In this document: positions 55,728 through 64,000 of the stretch, in pieces
Position numbering within the stretch: the first letter of the stretch is position 1
How the letters are laid out: every line of letters starts with the position of its first letter
Source: Felis catus
Taxonomy: Eukaryota
Reading direction: 5' to 3'
Assembly: GCF_018350175.1 (NCBI RefSeq)
Contig: NC_058368.1
Location: 179,244,001 to 179,308,000 of the forward strand
Length of the DNA: 64,000 bases
Notes under the pieces: generated by a model
What the model saw: only the letters and a program-made list of their open reading frames with translations
The model's database searches: none
What the model was told of the DNA's origin: nothing
Translations under genes and position numbers: made by a program

Positions 55728-56580
55728 TTGGTCTCCATTTTAAATTGATTTACTTTATGTGGCTTTATCTAGGATCAACTTCCCTGGTGTATTGAATCCC
55801 TGCACTTGAAAAATGCATCATGTTTGGGGGGACTATCTGGCTTGGTATATGAAATACAAGAACTATTGTCAGCTAGTAGTATTGCCATGCAGTGAAGTAG
55901 ACTAAACTATCAATATCTACAGTGGTTAGCTCAACTTGTTGGAGTACATATGAAATTATTTATTGAACCATGGTCTTAGTTTTTCACAGTTATGGTATTC
56001 AAAATTATTTACAAATAAGAAGGCCTGGCCACTGACCAATCAGATTGAATGTCTTCCATAAACAAATGATAAGGCCATACTAGGGCATTTCAGGCAGATA
56101 GGCAAATACCACTCTGTTTTGTATATTTCATTTCATTATTGGTGAGTATCATATTGCATTCCTAAGCCTAGATAATTTTACAAATGATTATACAGATATG
56201 ACACTAGGAAAAGGAAGAGACTGAATTCCCTGTCCAACCATTTGAGAGTCCAAAGCTTACTACTCAAGCATTTAAAGAGACCAATGAAATCTCCCCTCAC
56301 AACTCCCAAACCACAGAAATAATCTTTTTTGTAAGGATGACATTGCAGAAGGGAAAAGTGAATAGCTACAAAGAGGGTGGGGCTTTTGTTCAGTGTGAAT
56401 TCTGGGACACTGCACCTGGGTATGTCAGACTTAAACTCCAGATGTTAAAAATCAAATAAGTTATTATTTTTTTCTTTAAAGTAGGGGTGGAGAGAGAATG
56501 AAGTCTATACTGTATAGTTTGGGACATTGGCTTTGTGTGATACTGTCTGCTAAGAAGCACATCCTTTGACTGGAGGGTGG

Positions 56581-59500
56581 TTTTTTTTCTGTTTATTTTT
56601 TTTATTTTTTAATATAATTTATTGTCAAGTTGGTTAACATACAATGTATATATACAGTGTGCCCTTGATTTTAGGGGTAGATTCCTGTGATTCATCACTT
56701 ATATACAACACCCAGTGCTCATTCCAGCAAGTGCCCTCCTCAATGCCCATCACCCATTTTCCCCTTCCCCCTGCACCTCCATCAACCCTCAGGTTTTTCT
56801 CTGTATTTAAGAGTCTCTTATGATTTGCCTACCTCCCTCTCTGTTTCTATTATTTTTTTCCCTTCCCTTCCCCCATGGTCGTCTGTTAAATTTCTCAAAT
56901 TCCACATATGAGTGAAAAATTATATCTGTCCTTCTCTGACTGACTTATTTCACTTAGCATAATGCCCTCCAGTTCCATCCATGTTGCTGCAAATGGCAGG
57001 ATTTCATTCTCTCATTGCCAAGTAGTATTCTATTGTATATATAAACCACATCTTCTTTATCCATTCATCAGTTGATGGACATTTAGGCTCTTTTCATAAT
57101 TTGGCTATTGTTGAACATTGGGGTACATGTGCCCCTATGCATAAGTGCTCCTGTATCCTTTGGATAAATTCCCAGTAGTGCTACTGCTGAGTCATAGAGT
57201 AGTTCTATTTTTGATTTTTTGAGGAACCTCCACACTGTTTTCCAGAGTGTCTGTACCAGTTTGCATTCCCACCAACAGTGCAAGAGGATTCCCATTTCTC
57301 CACATCCTTGCCAGCATCTGTGGTTTTCTGAGTTGTTAATTTTAGCCACTCTGACTGGTGTGAGGTATCTCAATGTGGTTTTGATTTGTATTTCCCTAAT
57401 GATGAGTAATGTTGAACATCTTTGCATGTGTCTGTTGACCATCTGGATGTCTTCTTTGAAAAAGTGTCTATTCATGTCTTCTGCCCATTTCTTCACTGGA
57501 TTATTTGTTTTTCAGGTGTTGAGTTTGGTAAGTGCTGTATAGATTTTAGATAGTAACCTTTTATCTGATATGTCATTTACAAATATATTTTCCCATTCCA
57601 TTGATTGCCTTTTAGTTTTGTTGATTGTTTCCTTTGCAGTGCAGAAGCCTTTTATCTTCATGAGGTCCCAAATAGTAAAATTTGCTTTTATTTCCCTTGC
57701 CTTTGGAGATGTGTCGAGCAAGAAATTGCTGCAGCTGAGGTCAAAGAGATTGTTGTCTATCTTCTCTAGGGTTTTGATGGTTTCCCATCTCACATTTAGG
57801 TCTTTTATCCATTTTGTTTTTGTGTATGGTGTCAGAAAGTGGTCCAGTTTCATTCTTTTGCATGTTGCTGTCCAGTTCTCCCAGCACCATTTGCTAAAGA
57901 GACTGTCTTTTTTCCATTGGATACTCTTTCCTGCTTTGTCAAAGATTAATTGGCCATACATTTGTGGGTCCAATTCTGGAGTCTCTATTCCATTGGTCTA
58001 TGTGTCTGTTTTTGTGTGAATACAATATTGTCTTGATGATTACAGCTTTGTAGTAGAGCTAAAGTCTGGGATTGTGATGCCTCCTGCTTTGGTTTTCTTT
58101 TTCAACATTACTTTGGCTATTCGGGGTCTTTTGTGGTTCCATACAAATTTTAGAATTGTTTGTTCTAGCTTCAAGAAGAATGCTGGTGCAATTTTGACTG
58201 GGATTGCATTGAATGTGTAGATTGCTTTGGGTAGTATTAACATTTTAACAATATTTGTTCTTCCAATCCATAAGCATGGAATGTTTCTCCATTTCTTTGC
58301 GTCTTCTTCAATTTCCTTCATAAGGTTTCTATAGTTTTCAGCATACAGATCTTTTACATCTTTGGTTAGGATTATTCCTAGGTATCTTATGGTTCTTGGT
58401 GCAATTGTAAATGGAATTGATTTCTTTATTTCTATTTCTGTTGCTTCATTATTGGTGTATAAAAGTGCAACTGATTTATGTACATTAATTTGGTATCCTG
58501 TGACTTTGCTGAATTCATGTATCAGTTCTAGCAGCTTTTTGGTAGATTCTTTCAGATTTTCCATGTAGAGTATCATGTTATCTGCAAAAGTGAAAGTTTG
58601 ACTTCTTCTTTGCCAATTTGGATGACTTTTATTTCACTTTGTCATCTGATTTCTGATGCTAGGACTTCCAACACCATGTTGAACAATGGTGGTGAGAGTG
58701 GACATCCCTGTTGTGTTCCTGATTTCATGGAAACATCTGGTCTCAGTTGAGGTCCATCTGGTCTCAGTTTCTCCCCATTGAGGATGATCCTGGCTGAGGG
58801 CTTTTCATATATGGCTTTTATGATGTTAAGATATGTTCCTTCTATCCTGACTTTTTTGAGGGTTTTTATTAAGAAAGGATGCTGTGTTTTGTCGAATGCT
58901 TTTTCTGCATCTATTGACAGAATCATATGGTTCTTATCCTTTCTTTTATTAATGTGATGTATCACATTGAATGATTTGCAAATATTGAACCAGCCCTGCA
59001 GCCCAGGAATGAATCCCAATTAATCATGGTGAATAATTCTTTTTATATGCTTTTGAATTTGATTTGCTAGTATCTTGTTGAGAATTTTTGCATCCATGTT
59101 CATCAGAAATATTGGCCTATAATTCTCCTTTTTTTATGGGGTCACTGTCTGGCTTGGGAATCAAGGTAATGCTCACTTCATAGAATGAGTCTAGAAGCTT
59201 TCTTTCCATTTATATTTTTTGGAACAGCTTGAGAAGGATAGGTATTAGCTCTTCTTTAAATGTTCAGTAGAATTCCCCTGGGAAGCCATTTGGCCCAAGA
59301 CTCTTATTCGTTGGGAGATTTTTGATAACTGATTAAATTTCTTTGCTGGTTATAGGTTTGTTCAAATTTTCTATTTCTTCCCATTTGAGTTTTGGTAGTG
59401 TGTGGGTGTCTAGGAATTTGTCATTTCTTTGAAGTTGTCCAGTTTGTTGGCATATAATTTTCTGTAGTATTCTCTGATAATTGTTTGTATTTCTGTGGTG

Positions 59501-60060
59501 TTGGTTGTGATATGTCCTATTTCATTTGTGATTTTATCTATTTGGGTCCTCTCTCATTTCTTTTTGAGAAGTCTGGCTAGGGGTTTATCAACTTTGTTTA
59601 TTTTTTCAAAACCAGCTCTTTGTTTCATTGATCTGTTTTATTGGTGGTTTTTTTTTTTTGGATTCTATATTGTTTATTTCTGCTCTAATATTTTTTTTTA
59701 ATAATTTATATCCAAATTAGTTAGCATATAGTGCAACAATGATTTCAGCAGTAGATTCCTTAGTGCCCCTTACCCATTTAGCACATCCCCCCTTCCACAA
59801 CCCCTTCAGTAACCTTCAGTTTGTTCTCCATATTTATGAGTCTCTTATATTTTATCCCCCTCCCTGTTTTTATATTATTTTTGTTTCCCTTCCCTTATGT
59901 GCATCTGTTTTGTCTCTTAAAGTCCTCATATGAGTGAAGCCATATGATATTTGTCTTTCTCTGAGTGACTAATTTCACTTAGCATAATACCCTCCAGTTC
60001 CATCCACGTAGTTGCAAATGGCAAGATTTCATTCTTTTTGATTGCCAAGTAATACTCCAT

Positions 60061-60105
<45 letters not shown>

Positions 60106-61647
60106 TACATCTTCTTTATCCATTTATCCATCGATCTACATTTGGGCTCTTTCCATACTTTGGCTATTGTTGATAGTGCTGCTATAAACATTGGGGTGCA
60201 TGTGTCCCTTCAAAACAGCACACCTATATCCTTTGGATAAATACCTAGTAGTGCAATTGCTGGGTCGTAGGGTAGTTCTAATTTTAGTTTTTTGAGGAAC
60301 CTCCATACTGTTTTCCAGAGTGGCTGCAGCAGCTTGCATTCCCATGCTCTAATCTTTATTATTTTTCTTCCTCTGCTGGCCTTAGGGTTTCTTTGCTCTT
60401 CTGCTCCTAGTTCCTTTAGATGTGCTGTTATATTTTGTAATTTGGATTTTTCTTGTTTCTTGAAATAGGCCTTGATTGCAATGTATATTCCTCTTAGGAC
60501 TGCCTTTGCTGCATCCTAAAGTTTTGGATTGTCATGCTTTCATTTTCATTTGCTTGCATATTTTTTTTTATTTCTTCTTTAATTACCTGGTTGACCCATT
60601 CATTCTTTACCAGGATGTTCTTTTGATCTCCATGCATTTGGAGGTTTTCCAAACTTTTTCCTGTAGTTGATTTCAAGTTTCATAACATTGTGGTTTGTAA
60701 ATATGCATTATATGGTCTCAATTCTTTTATATTTATTAAGGGCTGTTTTGTGAGCCAGTATATGATCTGTCTTGGAGAATGTTCCATGTGCACTCGAGAA
60801 GAATATGTATTCTGCTGCTTTTGGATGAATATATCTGCCAAGTCCATCTGGTCCAGTGTATCATTCAGGGCCATTGTTTCTTTATTGATTTCTGTCTAGA
60901 TGATCTGTCCCCTGCTGTAAGTGCAGTATTAAAGTTACCTGCAATTATGATATTCTTATCAATAAAATTGCTTATGTTTGTGAATGATGTATATATTTGG
61001 GTGTTCCCAATTGGGTGCATAAACATTTATAATTGCTAGCTCTTCTTGATGGATAGACCCCATAATTATGATATAATGCCCATCTTCATCTCTTGTTACA
61101 GTTAGTTTAAAATCTATTTTGTCTGATATAACTATGGATACTCCAGCTTTCTTTTGATTTCCAGTAGCATGATAGATGCTTGTTCATCCCATCACTTTCA
61201 ATCTGAAGGTGTCCTCAGGTCTAAAATGGGTCTGTTGTGGACAGCATAGATGGATCTTATTTTTTATCCATTCTGATACCTTGTGTCTTTTGATTGAAGC
61301 ATTTAGTCCATTGGCATTCAGCATTATTATTGTAAGATATAGATTTAGTGTCATTGTGTTATCTCTAGGTTTCATGCTTGTGGTGATGTCTCTGGACGTT
61401 TGTAGTCTTTGCAACATTCCACTCACAGAGTCCCCCTTAGGATCTCTTGCAGGGCTGGTTTAATGGCCATGAACTCCTTCAGTTTTGTTTATCTGGGAAA
61501 GACTTTATCTCTCCTTGTATTACGAATGACAGATTTGCTGGATAAAGGATTCTTGGCTGCCTATTTTTCCCATTCAGCACATTGAATATTTCCTGCCACT
61601 CCCTTCTGGCCTGCCAAGTTTCAGTGGACAGGTCTACTACTACCTTT
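56581..61647 (-). mobile_element. 5'-truncated L1 (ORF1 3' end, ORF2, 3'UTR), decayed; 3' partner of a U6 chimera
   Basis: T-tail at 56581; ORF2 fragments (57083-59019, 60494-61426); ORF1 end DLSTETWQARREWQEIF...SFPDK. Confidence 0.92.
59691..60344 (-). mobile_element. Younger L1 3' fragment nested in the 56.6-61.6 kb L1
   Basis: 3'UTR nearly identical to 37561-37900; TSD TGCTCTAATATTT (59681-59693) / TGCTCTAATCTTT (60345-60357). Confidence 0.92.
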
Positions 61648-61753
61648 AAAAATACAGACACTTCAAAAATTTGCATGTCATCCTTGAGCAGGGGCCATGC
61701 TAATTTTCTCTGTATTGTGCCAGTTTTAGTAAATGTGCTGCCAAAGCAAGCCC
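61648..61753 (-). pseudogene. RNU6: U6 snRNA processed pseudogene, full length, fused to L1
   Basis: Minus strand GGGCTTGCTTTGGCAGCACATTTACTAAAACTGGCACAATACAGAGAAAATTAGCATGGCCCCTGCTCAAGGATGACATGCAAATTTTTGAAGTGTCTGTATTTTT; about 16 differences from recalled U6 by hand alignment; ACAGAGA box retained. Confidence 0.95.
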
Positions 61754-62046
61754 TGGAATGTTTTCAATGTAATATTAGACCAGGGCCATATCTAAGGATT
61801 GTGTGAGTCATGGCCCTAAAAATCAGTGCCTTCTTCAGTTTTTTGGTACTAGCTATCTTGCTTGCCATGTCTTAGTCCTATGCTTGTGTTAGACCTATGA
61901 CCATAGACTGAGAAGTCCTGTTTCCCTTTTCCTTAGAAACTCAGAATGTTAAAACACCATAGACATTCACTTGTTCAGAATTGTTTTCACTATTCTTATT
62001 GCATCTTTACTTGGTTGTCTTCTTACTTTATTTTCTGAAGTATATA

Positions 62047-64000
62047 CAGTTGACCCTTGAACAATGCAGGGGTTAGGGATGCTGACCCCTACAGAGTTGA
62101 AAATCCATATATCACCTCGACCCCCCCCAAAACTTAACTACCAATAGCCTACTGTTGACCAGAAGCCTTACCAATGACATAAACAGTCGATTAACATATA
62201 TTTTGTATGTTATATTTATTATATATGGTATTCTTACAATAAAGTAAGCTAGAGAAAAGAAAACATTATTAAAAAAGTCATAAGGTAGAGAAAATAAATT
62301 TACGGTACTCTATTTATTGATAGTTTAAATTTACAAGATGGATTGTCTGTCAGTATCTATTTCAATATTGTCTTGTATGATACAAAACACTATAGATGTT
62401 CTGTGTATTAGTAACCCTGGACATCAAAACTGGAAAAGCAATGTGAAAAATGTTTATTTATAGGTATGGTAATTCATGCATTGATAATAAAGAAGCAGCA
62501 ATATGATTGCTTTATGGTAGCCTAGTGTAATCAATATGATCACTTAAGGGTAGCCTAATCTACATACCAATGAATGAATAGTTATAAAAATTCTATTGCA
62601 TAGAGTATTATAGTCATATTCATAATACTGTATTGGAAACATTGCTAACATTTTCTAACAACACACTTACCTGTAATGATGCACAGTTTCTCTAATTAGG
62701 GAGAGAGAGAGAGAGCAGGCATACTGTATAGTAATATAATTATTGGAAAGAAAAGTTATAAAACAGTAAGAAAACAAAAATCATTAATCTTATATTAAAT
62801 GTCACTCACCTTACGCCTATGTAAGGATAGACTATCCATTTCCATACAAGTCTTGCACACAATGTTTTACATGATACTTAGGCGGTGATGATGACACAAA
62901 ACGTCTCTTACAGTTCTTGCCATACAGTTGTTAGTTTTTCACATGAAGACACACACAGGGATACACAACAGGTACATTTATTAACTGCATGGTGTGACGA
63001 TTACCTACTATTCACTAAATGAAAGTGGATCATCATAAAGGTCTTCATCCTTGTCATTTTCACATCGAATAGGCTGAGGGGACAGAGGAAGAGGAGGGGT
63101 TGGTCTTGCTGTGTCTGTGGTGGCAGAGGTGGAAAAGGTGGAAGAAGTGCAAGGGGAGGCAGAAGCAGAAGGCACACTGGCTATAACTTTACAGAAATAC
63201 ATTGTAATTTCTGACTTTTTGCTTTATCATTTCTCTAAAAATATTTCTATATAGTGCCAATTCTTCCGCCATTTGCTTTAGTTTCAGTGCCTGTTTCATA
63301 GAAAGGTCTATGTTGTAAAAGAAGTCAAAAGCAGTCTTAAATAATCAGAATCCTTCTGCCGGATTGTCTAATGTCAATTTGTTTTCTGGCACTGCTTCTG
63401 CTTCTTTTCCTCATTGTCTGGCACTGGTTTAGAAGCACTCATCTCCATCAAATTGTCTTCTGTTCATTCCTTTGGTGTGGTGTCTGTTAGCTCTTGAATT
63501 TCTCCAAGATCCATGTCTTGAAACCCTTCACCTCCCACCTTTTTTGTCATATCCACAATCTCTTTCATGATTTCCTTGATTGACTCTGTTGTGAATGCTG
63601 TGAAGTCATGCACAACATCTGGACACAGTATTCTCTAGCAGGAATTTATTGTTTCAGGCTTTAATGGCTTTCACAGCTTTTTATGTAACAAGGATAGCAT
63701 CTCTAATGGTGTAATCCTTCCAGATTTTCATGATATTCTCTCTATCGGGGTTCTCTTCCATAGTTTGACATTTCTTTCCATGAGGTACCATGTGTAAACA
63801 GCTTTAAAGGTGCTTATGATAACCTGATCTATAGGCTGAATTAGAGAATTTGTGTTTGGGGGCAAATAGAACACTTAATTGCTTTCAATGTTGAAGCCAT
63901 GGAGTTCTGAGTGGCCAGGAACACTGTCCAATATAAAAAGAACTTAAAAAGCAGTCCCTTACTGGCAAAGTACTTCCTGACTTCAGGGAAAAAGCATTCA
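62047..64000 (-). mobile_element. Tigger2-like (pogo) DNA transposon with decayed transposase, runs off the window
   Basis: TA-CAGTTGACCCTTGAACAATG TIR; minus strand ~63790-63866 translates to LPPNTNSLIQPIDQVIISTFKA (pogo DDE-type motif). Confidence 0.85.

Noticed and set aside
61648..61753. Functional U6 snRNA gene
   Set aside because: About 16 differences, many at CpGs; directly fused to L1; no upstream PSE/TATA recognised.
56565..61770. TSD for the U6-L1 chimera (TGGAGGGTGGTTTT vs TGGAATGTTTT)
   Set aside because: Similarity is too weak to call; needs the empty orthologous site.
63008..63202. 64-aa Ser/Thr/Pro-rich ORF
   Set aside because: Lies within the Tigger2-like element; not a host gene.

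Overview
Mammalian genomic DNA, most likely a felid: the tRNA-derived SINEs match the Can-SINE/SINEC_Fc family and the L1s are of carnivore type. Positions ~2.5-19.6 kb carry SPDL1 (Spindly/CCDC99) on the minus strand. Ten coding exons were read with GT-AG boundaries and join into one frame of 555 codons + 2 nt, starting at ATG 14733. A CpG-island promoter lies at ~19.05-19.95 kb, and the terminal CPQQ-encoding exon is not found and probably lies left of the window. The rest (~20-64 kb) is gene-free and rich in repeats. Its most notable structures are retrotransposition by-products: (i) a U6 snRNA-L1 chimeric retrocopy with an unusually long L1 portion and a younger L1 nested inside it (56.6-61.75 kb); (ii) a full-length L1 with a 44-bp 3' transduction and double poly(A), nested in an older L1 (37.5-44.6 kb); (iii) a ~170-bp L1 with a 5' inversion and a perfect 15-bp TSD (35.8 kb); and (iv) a decayed Tigger2-like transposon at the right end. 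I see no evidence for a wholly new biological system. Repeat subfamily names and old-repeat boundaries come from recalled consensus sequences and are approximate.
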